Positions 1-12,020 of a stretch of DNA of 64,000 bases are shown here, in pieces. The stretch's first letter is position 1, and every line of letters starts with the position of its first letter. Made by a program: the position numbers and the translations under genes. Under the pieces are notes generated by a model, which had not been told where the DNA came from, did no database searches, and saw only the letters and a list, made by a program, of their open reading frames with translations. This DNA is from Phyllosticta citribraziliensis (Eukaryota): positions 682,001 through 746,000 of the forward strand of contig NW_027117338.1 of the NCBI RefSeq assembly GCF_038025025.1, read 5' to 3'.

Positions 1-839
1 TTCTCCTGATCAACGAAGCCGACCCCGACGCTCCAGTCCCACAGCTTGGCCGCCCACGTCGCGTACTTGCCGGTTACATCGTTGTTGAATAGCGCCAACC
101 GCGCTGCCACTTGGAACAGTGCCCCGTTGGACACGCTATTCTTATACGTGTAGCCTTTGTTTTCTGGATACACTTGCCACCGCAGCCCCCCACCGCAGGA
201 TGTGGTGTCCCACCGTGCTATCTGCGCGCTGAAAACATTGGCGGCTAGTGTGGCGTAACCGTGTGAAGGGTTCGCGAGCGCAGGAAAGGATTGTTCGGCG
301 GCCGACAGCGCGGAGAGAGCCCAGAAGGCTTGATCATCATTGCCCTGGACGTTGTCAGTCTGGACGGTCATGCATTACAGGTGCGAAAAAATGGACAAGA
401 AGCGCAACCGAGGCTCGCTGCTCCGGACAAAATTTGTTTCAGTCACCAGAAAAGGGTAGACCAGACTCACAAATTCCTTGCGGAACTCGTCGCGCGTGAA
501 GCTATTTTCTGGACCTGCCTGCGCCTCGAAGGCTCGCTGGATCAGCTGGTTGTACTGCGCGTCGCCTGTGTACGCCCGGTAGTCGACCATTCCACCCCAA
601 ACGGCGCCCGCCTCCCACCAGTAAATGGGCTTCGGCCACGTCCCCACCAGGTATTCGGCTGTGCCCGCCGCCCCGAACGTGTAGCTGGATATGATGCCCT
701 TGGCAGCGGTGTTGGCTGCTGCTTTGATCGAGGCGGCATCGTTGGTGTCGAGAGATATGGCGGATGTCAGAGGGGTGAGGAAGAGAAGGAGCGCCATAGC
801 GAGTCCTGAGGCGGTGAGGGAGTGTTTCGAGGACTGCAT
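1..839 (-). CDS. Glycoside hydrolase family 76 (alpha-1,6-mannanase, Dfg5/Dcw1-like), secreted; 3' end lies outside the window
   Basis: Signal-peptide-like MALLLFLTPLTSA (ATG at 839 or 797) and YWWEAGAVWGGMVDY. Intron 345-470 (GTGAGT...CTGAC...CAG) joins to GNDDQAFW (the catalytic DD pair), then RWDTTSCGGGLRWQV and YKNSVSNG, all typical GH76 motifs. Confidence 0.92.
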
Positions 840-1563
840 GGTAATGGTGGCGATATTTGTTTTGGTTTGGTCCGTTAGAGATCGTTTGTTGTGGCGGGCA
901 ACCTGTGTTTACTTCAAAGAAAACACAGTGACATTGACCAAGGTGAAATTGCAGGAAGGGAGACGAAGTTTTTAAGGACAAAGGAAGCGAAAGAAAGAGG
1001 TAAACCAGGGACCAGGTGGCGGACTGAATGGCATAATTACTGCGGGAGCGCGTGCCAATATCGCCCGCGAGATGCGATTATAGGCGCCCCTCCTTATATT
1101 CAAGAAGTTGGGCAGCTAATCAAAAGAATCCCCCAGCCAGGCTTGTGGCTTGGTGAAGACAGGAATGAAGTGTATGATAGGGGAGGGTGTCACAAATCTT
1201 TGCGTAAGCATTCTTTGTACATGTAGTCGGCGACCTGACGTACCATGTGGCCCAATGACTGACACGGCACGTATTCGGGGACAGGGACATGGCCTGCAGC
1301 CGATGAAGCGATGAACCGATGAGACGGAGAGCCGATGAGCCAGTGGCCTAGCATGTTCCAAAACGTGTGAGGTGTGTGCTATTAACCGCCCGCCTACCAA
1401 GCACTTGGGAGGCGGCATTTGGCTGCGACCTGAGAAACTCGTCCTTCCCCACGGGGTATAGCTGCACTCCTACATCGCGCGGGCCGCGCGCTTGACATGA
1501 ACCTTAACATCGCATCCCAACACATCTGTACCAATCGCGGACGACATTCCCTCTTTCGTTCGC

Positions 1564-3487
1564 TTACAATTTTTCCGTCGCCTGGATGTGCTGCTCCTCG
1601 CGCGCCACAACCTTCTCCCCGGCAACGCCTTCAGCCGACGACGACCCTCCTGTCTCGAGCGTCCGCAGCCCCATGGCCTTCTCCCTACGGATCCGCTTGC
1701 TGATTTGGATCGGACTGCCGGGCGTCGTGTACAGCAAGTCCATTTCTTCCAGTGTCAGGTTTGCCGTCTCGGGGTAGCAGAAATATACAAGAGGCACGAA
1801 GGCCAGGTTGGTGCACATGAAGATCATGTACGCCTTCCACTGCAGCCGGTTGATGATGACCTGCGCCTTTCGTTAGCACCGACTCGACCAAAACAGACCG
1901 ACGACGTGCTTACCGGAGTGATCATCACAATCACAAAGTTCCACAGCCAATTGGATGAAATGCCAATGGCTGTTCCACGAGCGCGCGCTCGGAGGGGCAA
2001 GATTTCGGGGACATAAACCCAGCTGAATTTCCGTTAGCACAGCTACAGCGGAGGATAAACGGCAGGCATGTTCAAAGGTAAGAGCACTCACGGGATGCAG
2101 TTGACGCTGGCCCCAAAAATAAACATGTATAGGAAAAAGAAGGCGACGCTGGCAGAAGACGTTGCCGTGCCCACGCTGCTGCCCTTGAAGCTCAGCAGCA
2201 CGGCCACCAACATCATACAGATGCCGAGTCCAAAGCTACCGATCATCATTGGGCGTCGTCGACCCAGCTTATCTGCTCCCAGCGCCGGGACGATGGAGCC
2301 GAGCGGGAACATGATCTGGGTGACGCCGGCTATCAATAGCGACATATTTCGGGTCATGCCGACATTCGACTCCAGGACGGTGGGAAGATAGTACCTGCGG
2401 CAGTGTTAACGAGGGTATTTTCCCAGCCAGGTAAGCAGTGCGAAAGCTATTCTCAGCCCGTCCTGCCTTTTGAAATTGCGCCACGAACAAGACTTACACC
2501 ACGAGATTGATCCCTCCAACTTGGTTCATGAATTGCATGCCATACGCAAGCAACACGCGCTTCCCCGTCTGGACCTCGTCCTGCTTGAAAATGTGCAGCC
2601 AGCTCTTCTGACCCTCGCCTTCAATGGCAATGGCCTGCAGGATTTCGTTGCTCTCCTGGATCACTGATTCGTCGTCGGGCTGCTTGTCAAACACGTCGCA
2701 GAGCACCTTGGTGGCCTCCTCGTTCCTGCCCTTGTTGAACAAGTCGCGAGGCGAGTCGGGCAAACCGAAGACCAGAACAATGACGATTACAGCAAAGATG
2801 ATCTGGCATGCAATTGGAAGCCTCCAAGCAATGGGCCCGCCGACAAAGTTCATGCCGTAGTCGAACCAGTACGCTTGAAACCATCAGCCAAATGACCTCG
2901 ACTCTCCGGCAACACTTACCAGTGACGATTCCGACACCCACAAAAAGGGGCTCACTGCAGACCAGACGACCTCTGTTGTGAGCGTGCGAAAGCTCGGCTT
3001 GGTACATGGGCACAGTCGACGTCTCGATGCCGGTTCCGATGCCGGTGACGAAGCGGGCAACAATCATTTGCGCTTGCGAATATGCACTAGCTTGGAGTGC
3101 GGCGCCAATCTGCAGCAATCAACAACCATTCCTGGTCAGCGAGAAGACAAGACTTACAATGACCCAGGCCATGGCGAACCACATTGCTCTGCGCCGTCCC
3201 ATGGCCTCGCCAAATGCAAAAGCAACGATACACCCCGAAAAGCAGCCAAGGTTGTACACTGCAACGATTATACCGAGGATCGTGTCGTCGGGATGTCCCA
3301 CAATGTCCAGAAAGTCTTCGTTGCCGACGATTCCACTGAAGACTCCTTGATCGTAACCTGGGGCACATCAGCCAGTCTCAAACGAGGAGAAGGAAGGAAA
3401 CTCACCAAAGAGGATAAAGGCCATGGAGCAAGCAGCGGTGATGGCCATCTGCAGCTTGAAGCCGCGCCCATACATGTCAATCTGCAT
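1564..3487 (-). CDS. MFS sugar porter (STL1-like sugar/polyol:H+ symporter), 7 exons
   Basis: Spliced product MQIDMYGRGFKLQMAITAACSMAFILFGYDQGVFSG...VPMYQAE...WRLPIACQ...PDSPR...QFMNQVGGINLVVYY...DKLGRR...WVYVPEILPLRARARG...YPETANLTLEEMD. Canonical introns include 3358-3405, 3110-3157, 2874-2919 and 2395-2497. Confidence 0.93.
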
Positions 3488-3569
3488 CGTGGGAGCTGGA
3501 ACCTTCCAAAACCAAAAAGTCTACGATGGAAAGGGGGGACCCGAGGCGGTGCAAACATCACAAGAATTC

Positions 3570-4368
3570 CCGGGGAAATCGCCCATATATCACGACAAAA
3601 AGGAACCTAGCAGCCACAACTTCGCCGGCGCATTGCCGGCTGTCTCAGCACGCAGGCGCTTCTCTCCAACGTCATTCGCTCCGCTCGCTACCAGATGATC
3701 CGATGCCATCACCAGACGGCCGGCATCCCAGCTTGCCATACCAAGGCATTCCGTTGGCCTGTTGCGGGGGAGGCGGCTGTAAGGACTAAGGACAGGACTC
3801 ACAGCCGCGATTCCCCCGGGTCGTGTGCAACCTACTGTCGCTCGACCGGAGCAGTGGTCCCCAGAACAGACGCGCCGTGGGGAGTGGTGATGGCGCGCCG
3901 GCCAATCAGAGCGCGTTCCTGCATTTTGCCTGAATTGCGGGGGAATGGTGGTTGTGCCTTGGCGGCTCACTGACGGCTTCTCCCTCTTCCACTGAACAGG
4001 CGTGTAGACGGGCAGGCGTGATGTGACATCCGACGTCGACCCGCGAGCGGCGAACGTCCGATCCTGCGGCTTCGGCCAAGGGAGGAGCATGCCTGGATGT
4101 TGTTGATGGTGGAGTGGAGCCCCCCGTGTCTGTGGGGTAAGGGCCGAACTGTGGACCCTGGCCGGCTTCCCCGTTTCTGGGGTAGTCGTGTTTTCTGGGG
4201 ACCCGCGACGGGGAACTTCTAGCGCTCTGGTCCTGCTTCTGGTGACTTGACGCGCCGGCACCCGACGGCGGCAGTTTTGCGCTCTCCAAGTCCTGCCTTT
4301 CGACCACGACGGCTTTTGGGATTTTTTTCTTGTGCTGATTTTCTGGCCTGCTTATCTTTTTTCCCCAG
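3570..4368. promoter_or_regulatory. Possible cluster of CreA/Mig1 carbon-catabolite-repression sites (SYGGRG) upstream of the sugar porter
   Basis: About 11 matches, e.g. 3764, 3877, 3937, 4109, 4114, 4132, 4177, 4195, 4363, several with AT-rich 5' flanks. The region is GC-rich, so enrichment is modest. Confidence 0.35.
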
Positions 4369-6096
4369 ATTTCTCGCACTCGAACTCGGTTTTCGTATCT
4401 GAAAGTCCCTTGCTCAGAAATGTGTTTTGGTTTCTCTCACAGCATTGGCAGGCCAAAGCGGCGCTGATCCTGTATGTCAGCGTGTCAGTCACGCTGTAAT
4501 GACGGCGGAGACAGCACTTTTGCGACATATCCGACGCCCAGGCCTCCCAGTGGATCCACACGCACAAGGCTTGTTCTTCAGTCCGACGACGACGCATCTC
4601 GTTGAGGCAAACGAACTGGAATCTTGCAGCGACGAATCCGCCATGTGCAACACTGTTTTCGCGACTGGATACGTTCATGAGTGCATCGCAGCCTTCGAAG
4701 AGTGTCTTTCAGCGGAGTCTGGTGGTGGCTTCTTGTCCTAGGTCTTGATTCCACTGTTAGGTCGAAGCATTGAAACCTCCATTACTACGTTGTGGCTTGC
4801 CATGAAATGGGAATTACTGGTCAACTCACGCTGATATTATGTCTAGTTCTCTCCAAATTTTAGCTTTTGACAATTACTCCAGGTCTCGAAAGACCAAATG
4901 AGTTTATGAACGAAGGGTGTCTAGAGTTGCCCTCCTTGCTTTATCTCAAGGGGTGAGCAATTGCTGGTAACAACTCTTCTCTTCACAGCCCACCACAATT
5001 TGGTATCACTCCTGGTCATGTGTGTGCAAGTATAGTCCGACGCTAGTGCATGATCAACACCTGCCAGAAAACATTCCAAAATGAAAAACTCGGCTAGGAC
5101 AACATGGCAGGCAGATGACTGCACCGAAGAAAAAGGTCGGAGGGTTCCGGGGCAAGTCGCTGACCGAAAGCCAACTTGTGCTTCCCGCATGTTGGGCAGA
5201 GCGTGGCTTTACGCTAGACCCTTCTGCCGGGTAACCTCCGGGAGATGGATGACTAGCTGCCTTATAACGACCGTCTCACTTCCCCCACGTCAAACACGAC
5301 CAAAAATTGCTTTTTCTCTTCAAACTGGCCGCTTGTATGGTCATGTTTTGCCCAGCCTATTTGCCGTTCTTTCGTGAGCTCCTGGTGTTCCTTGTCGACA
5401 CTAAGACGCCATGTGGCCATCCACCACCACTTCGGCCGTGAACATGATTGACGTCAAAGTCAATCGATCAAAATACTGCTGCCTCCACGCCGAGAGTGGC
5501 TCTGAAGTCTTGATTGGGCTTGGGATGTGAGTGTTTCCCGTCTCCCACATGCCAACAGGCACCACGAGTGGAGAAGATTCGGGCACAATTTCGACAGCCT
5601 TCGGCAGTCAACCGCAGAGCCTCAAGCCACCACTTACGACCGAAGAAAAACGACTGCCTGGACTCGAAATAAGCCAGAAACTGTTGCCTGGGAAGAGATG
5701 GAAATTCTACGGCCGTACAATGAACGCACTTGGTGGCGGTGCGGGTGGCTGACACCGACCGAGGTTTGGAGCAACAAGCTTCGACTGCCGCGCCATCCCC
5801 GCGCCAGACCCTGCTTTCTGACATCAAAGTCCCCTAATCGCCCCTTGTTCGGCCGTAGGGCTTGACTTTGCTCCTGCTTTGAGCTCATTTGCTCCCCACT
5901 CCGTCATGTCTGGGGATGCCTCGCCATGAGCCGCCAACTCTTCACCTGAGCGTTGTTCGAGATTGCTGATCCATGACGACCGAGGCAGCCCAAGGACGGC
6001 AGGCGTCACATGTGCTGTGACACAAAAGATACTTCATCTCGAGAGCCCACAAACACTCGCCATGTACCTGAGCAATCGCCCAATCCCTCGCCCAGC

Positions 6097-7867
6097 ATGG
6101 CTCTCGACTTACCGCTCCCGATCCTGCTCGTCCTGCTCTCTGCGCCCCAGGCGCTGTTGGTGAAAGCTCTAATTCCGGAGCAAAGTCTACGCATTCCCAT
6201 TACTCCAATTGTGTTGGGTCTGATTGGAATGAATTTCGGAGTATGGGTTTTCTACAGAATCGCCCTATACCCGTTCTTCTTCAGTCCTTTCCGCCATTTG
6301 CCTTCGCCCAAGGAGGTAAGCTTTGATTGGACGTGCGTTTGCTTCTGGAGCTAATTTTAGTAGGGCGGATATCCCATCGTCAACCATGGTCTGGTTGTCA
6401 TGAAGAAGCCCCCCGGAGCTGAGTTTCTCAAGTGGATGAAGAATATTCCCAACGATGGCCTCATAATGTTCAGGGGCATCTTGAACTTTGAAAGAATTAT
6501 CCCCACAGACCCAAAATACCTCTCGGAGATCCTGGTCCACAAATCGTATGACTTTGAAAAGCCGGGACGCGCGCGACGCTTCCTGCGAATAATCCTCGGC
6601 GACGGTCTCATCATCGTCGAAGGTGATGAACACCGCTTCCAGCGAAAGAGCTTGATGCCCTTCTTCAGTTACCGCAACATCAAGGACCTCTATGGCATCT
6701 TCTTCGCCAAGTCGGGCCAGTTCATGGATTGTCTCAGCAAAGAGATTGACGAAAACTCCAAGAAGTCGGAAAAGAACGCTGGCGCTGTTGTTGAGATCAA
6801 CCACTGGTCGACCAAGGTCACGCTCGACATCATCGGCGTTGCTGCTCTCGGCCGCGACTTCAACTCTCTCGAGAACACCGACGACCCTGTAGTGCCGCTT
6901 TACGAAGAGATCCTCGAGCCGACGGCTGAGAAGGCGCTCTTCTTCACGCTACATCTGATTGGCTTCGAGAACATTGTGCGGCTGCTGCCGTGGAAGATTA
7001 ACGAGCGCCTGCGCTACACGACGACGAGTCTGCGCAAGCTCTACAAGCAGTTCCTCGCCGACAAGAAGGAGAAGGTCAAGGCCGACACCGAGGGCACGCA
7101 AAAGGATATTCTGTCCGTCATTATGCGCAGCAATCAGTTCGGCGACGACTTGCTCATTGATGAGCTGCTGACGTTCCTCGCTGCAGGGTGAGTCCAATCC
7201 AACAAGAACCACAGTCTGCCACCGCGCTAATGAACGATATAGCCATGAGACCACATCCTCGGCGTTTACGTGGGCGACGTACCTCCTCGCAAACAACCCC
7301 TCCGCACAAACCAAGCTGCGGAAAGAAGTGCAGACACACCTCGCCGAGGAGCTGGCCAACCCTAGCGACCAAGACTCGATGGCGCTTGCCGACAAGCTCG
7401 AATCGTTGCCGTACCTCAACGCCGTCTGCAACGAAGTGCTGCGCATGTACCCAACCGTGCCCGTGACGATCCGCGACGCTGTGCGCGACACGACCATCGC
7501 CGACCAATACATTCCGAAGGGCACGCAGCTGATCCTATCGCCGTGGGCCATCAATCGCTCGCCGCGCCTCTGGGGCCCGGACAGCGAGACCTTCAAGCCC
7601 GACCGCTGGATCGACGCCAACGGCAAGACCAACAACCACGGCGGCGCCGGATCCAACTACTGTCAGCTGACGTTCCTCCACGGCCCCCGCTCCTGCATCG
7701 GCCAGCGCTTCGCCCAGAGCGAGTTGCGCGCCCTGCTGGCGAGCTTCGTTGGCCGCTTTGAGTGGGACTTGGCGATGCCGGAGGACCAGGTCATTCCGGC
7801 TGGCGTCATTACGACCAAGCCGAAGCATGGCATGAAGCTCAAGGTCCGCAAGGTATTGCCGGCTTGA
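6097..7867 (+). CDS. Cytochrome P450 monooxygenase (resembles the CYP617/CYP547 clan), 3 exons
   Basis: N-terminal membrane anchor and SPFRHLPSP. Introns 6316-6363 and 7188-7242. I-helix FLAAGHETT is formed across intron 2. EVLR (ExxR), FKPDRW (PERF) and heme loop FLHGPRSCIG. Confidence 0.95.
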
Positions 7868-8213
7868 GGCGTTGTTGTTGTCGGTAATGGTATGAAGATT
7901 GAGGCGTAGAGGCAGGGGGGAGTTGGGGTGGGCTGGAAGGAATCATCACTTTCGCTTTCTATGCTGTTACATATGCGGGTTGTTGGGCTATTAGATTACC
8001 CCTCCAAAGCGTTGTTAGTGTGATCTTTATTGTACATGAAATTTTGATGCTGTCTAAAATGCCAATGCTTGCATACATTCACTTCCACCCCTACCATGAA
8101 CTGTGATGCCAGAGGACGTGAACGAAACGAATTGGTGCAACGAGTCACAAACTACGAACATTTCCCCCCACAAATGAGCGACTGTCCTGTCCTGTACATC
8201 CACCCCATCATCC

Positions 8214-9319
8214 TCACTTCCCAGCCTTCTCCCCAATGCCCATCATCGCACCCGACAGCTCCTTCGGAGAATACATGCGCAGATAATCCTCAAACGTCAC
8301 AGCCTTGACGTCAGGGTAGCGGTTGTTGCTCAACTCTTTCTCCGCGGAGCTTCCAGGCGGCACCAGCAGCGTCGAGCCGTTCAGCATGTAGTACTGGTAC
8401 CACATGGGAAGGTAGGCGTAGTAGTTTTCGGGCTCGCTGTCGCGTTTCTGGTGCATGGTTGCGTGCAGGTCAGCCAGGGAGCCCAGGGGCTCGAGAGACG
8501 GTGTGAACGAGTAAACGCTGGACATGGCAGCGGCGATTTGGTGGATGTTTTTGCGGTCGCCGAGGACTGTTGGCGTTGTGCGTTAGCCGGTCAGTCGGTC
8601 GACAGGGGGGTACCGTGGGAGATAAGGGGTAGAAGGGGGTGCTAATAGGCAAGCAAGCAAATCAGGGGTCGGGATTGGAACCAATCCAACTCACACTTCT
8701 CAACGCCCTTGGCCTCGCCGTCCACAGCAACGCGGGCGATCCACTCAGCCGTATTCTCATAGCTGCTCACCTCCCACGCCTCGTCGCCGGAGCCCCAATA
8801 CCGCAGCTTGCCGCCCTTGCCACTCTCATCCGGCACCCACGCGCCAAAGAAGCCGCTCCACCACGTATCCATGAAGGCGCCAATCATGACATGCACGCCC
8901 TCTACGCCCGCCTTGTCGTTGCAGTACGCCATGACGTGCCGCATCGGGTCCTTGGGGAACAGCTCGCCGTCCTTCAGCGGTCGGTAGTCGACCGTGTAGT
9001 CGCTGGCGACGTAGCGCGGCACGCCCGCCTCGGCGCACGCGTCGATCAGCACCTTTTGCCCTTCTTCCATCAGCGCGTCTGGGCCGAGGTACGTGCAGAT
9101 GACGACGTTGCAGCCGCGCGCGAACTCAACGGTGGCGGCGCGGTCGTCGGCACCTCCCGTGATGACAGTGTGAGGGGACGAGCTGAGCCAGGAGGGCAGC
9201 TTGCTGGCGTCGCGCACGTAGAGGCGCAATGTTGGAGGGGAGGGCAGCCGGAGCAGAGCGGCAGCGACGAGGCGGCCGAGCTTGCCTGAAGCGCCTGCGA
9301 TGCCGACGGTGGTAACCAT
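8214..9319 (-). CDS. NmrA-like / atypical SDR NAD(P)-binding oxidoreductase, 2 exons
   Basis: Rossmann motif VGIAGASGKLG, then LIDACAEAGVPRYVASDY and YWGSGDEAWEVSSYENTAEWIARVA. Intron 8567-8694 joins to FLGDRKNIHQIA...RYPDVKAVTFEDYL. Confidence 0.88.
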
Positions 9320-9585
9320 TCTGGTGTTTGTTGTATGACTTCTTGAGTACTTGGTTTGTAGTGTGCTGTGATTGTGTAGCCTGTAGAGCGCAGTCGTATA
9401 CTCAAAGTGGATTCGACAAGACGATCCCCCTTCTTTCCTTCTCTTCTCCTCTTTTATGTCTTCACATTTTTTGCGGGGTCGCGCATTAGTGGCGCTTCTC
9501 CTCTTTCTTCCAGTGCTTGTTGAAACCCAGCTCTTGCGTGTGGAGCGTTGCTAGTGCTCCTTCGTCGACGGGCGGCAGGACGGCG

Positions 9586-9610
9586 TGCTGCTGCTGCTGC
9601 TGCTGCTGCT
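9586..9610. repeat. (TGC)8 microsatellite
   Basis: Read directly; lies upstream of the NmrA-like gene. Confidence 0.9.
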
Positions 9611-12020
9611 ATGGCTCCGGAGACTTTGCGTGCAACAGTCGACTCGAGTCCTGGTTTGAGGGTTCTCTTAGTTGGTGGTTTGAGGGCATGCATGCTGGTT
9701 TGGTCTCTTTTCAAGCTTTTGGTGGCTTGGTACGGCGAAGGGTGGAGGGAAGTGCCTCCAACCGCCCGCCGAACTAGTTTCCGCTTCTCAAAGGACGGAA
9801 GAAGAGGCCAGAGAAAAAGGACAAAAGCGAGGAGGATGACAGTAGCGCGTATGATCCATCACTGATCCAGCCGCGGGGTGGTTGGATCAGGCGAACGACA
9901 GCGTACCAATATCGCGACTGCGCACTGGACGACATGTCAGCAACCGCGGCGTCGGAGTGCTTTCGTCTGAGTGCATCACCATCACCGTTGAACATGTCAC
10001 CATGATGGGAGTGTTCACATCAAAAGCAGAGAACAAGTGTACCAGGCAACACATCCTCGATTCAATTATCTGCCACTGCTCAATCCCATACCTTGACGTG
10101 GTGCAGCTTCTCTGAAGAAGCCATGAGAAAGAGCAGTAGAAATCCAAATCCAAACCTCTTCCCACCGGAGTGAAAAGGCTTCTTGACGCCCAGCTGCAAG
10201 GACCGCGGCCGCGACCCGTTGAAAAGACTTGCAGCCAGTGCGTCGTGTCTGGCGAACCGAAAACGCGTCGCCTGGGCCGGCTGTCTGGCTGTCGCGCCAG
10301 ACCAGCGACCATTTCCGTGGACCGTTCGATGTGACGCGTCCCAACAATCCTACTCCCTAAAAAAACACGCCAACCAAGTGATACATCTCAGCTCTTCGAC
10401 TCAATAATCCTTGGGTTGCGAATCAAGCTCGGATGAAGTTTGTGGACTCCTTTGAGCCCATGGGCGGTTCCTCTTTGAGTGACGCTCGTGCGATGTTTTG
10501 ATGCCGGCTGCGTACTGGGATGGCCGACCCATCCGGGAGCCTCCTATCTCTCCGGCTGGCGATTTGGCCAGAAGCGTTGGTATAGTCCCATCCCCGGGTT
10601 TCGCGTTGTTATGCATAAAGCGGATTTGCCGTGCTATAATATCGCATGGCTGGCGTGCCCTTGTCGCCATTGCTGGGAGTCACCGCCGAAGGAGGCCGGT
10701 GGACTTTCGTGTCGTAAAAAGGTGTCGCAGGTTTCGTGAAATAACGAGGTCGACTGATTTCCGTGGTGACGTTGCCGGAGACGCGTGGCGTCTTGCGTGC
10801 GTGGTCGATGACCTCTCAACAAAGGAGGCCGGGGTCTGTGTGGGTTGTGACAGTTTTGTCCGAAATCTGCTCTGCCAACAGTTGCGAGGTGGGAAGCCGC
10901 GCCTTCAGGTAGATGGACGTCGCGCGCCTGGGAAAACTTGGTGGCCGTGGTCGGATAGACCACGCCAGGGGTCTGTGTGATGTGGTGGATAACCACACTA
11001 GGCGGACGGATGACGGGCCTAGCATAAGGGTGGAGCTGGCCGGACGGGCTCAGCTGATGGTCATTGTGCTTGGAAAAGCAACATGCGCTGCTTGGAAAAG
11101 CAAACGCTCAGGTAGGCCTGCTCGCTGGTGCGAGACAGATAAAAAGGTTCCGGTTCGCCCGCGTATGCGACGGGGTCCCCGAATCCGACGACTTGAGTGT
11201 CATGGACGTGGTGTACTTGGGTCCGGTACGTGATCCGGCTCTGGTTTCAGTTTTTAACGTGGCTGAGCCACGGACCTTCCCTGGGAGAAGAAGAGAAGAA
11301 GAAGGGTGTGGGGGGGGGACATCGACTTTTTATACCCGTGTTTGCTCGCTTAGCGCTCCTGTTCGAGCCACCATCATTTTCTAGACAACATGCTCTTTAC
11401 CAAGGTCCGTCCGAGGCCGGAAAGGAACAAGACTGATCCTGAACGACGCGTATCGTGCCAGGGCCAAGCGCGGCGCTACAGTATCGTGTAAACCTCAACA
11501 AAATTGTCAAAGTCACTCAAAGGCTTTGTGCGCTGTGGGGCCGTACCCTTGTTGTTCGCAGTTGCGCGCATAGGATTGGCTGCAGTGCAAACAGCTCTCC
11601 GGTCCACAAACTCAACCGTGCCTTTTGCATGCATGGTTCAAAGACTTGATGGGACTTCCCGGCTATCATGACGCGCTGGGACAATCTGGATGGACTGATA
11701 CATGAACCTGAGAGAGGGGTCACTCAGTCCTCGCCAAGCGGAAGAGAAGGCTGGAGCGACGGCATGTTGCTGTCAGTAGAAGCATCTCACTAATTATCAT
11801 CACGTCGCAAATATCGGCTGAAGAATCTTAAGACCAACTTTGTACATACAAGGCAACTTCGCTCCGCTATACTACACAAAAAGGAGCAGAAAGAAGGAGG
11901 CGGCGCAGCGACGTGAAGAACTCGCCGCTTTCCATCAAGCAGACGAAGCGGTCGAGACTATCCACATGCCTTGCCGCCAACCCTCATTCCCTGCCCAAAA
12001 CACACAACGACACCCAACGC

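Noticed and set aside
9454..9859. Minus-strand frame with a TM-like segment (IIRATVILLAFVLFLW) and poly-Ala
   Set aside because: An in-frame TGA lies immediately upstream, there is no usable start or acceptor, and the poly-Ala is the microsatellite.
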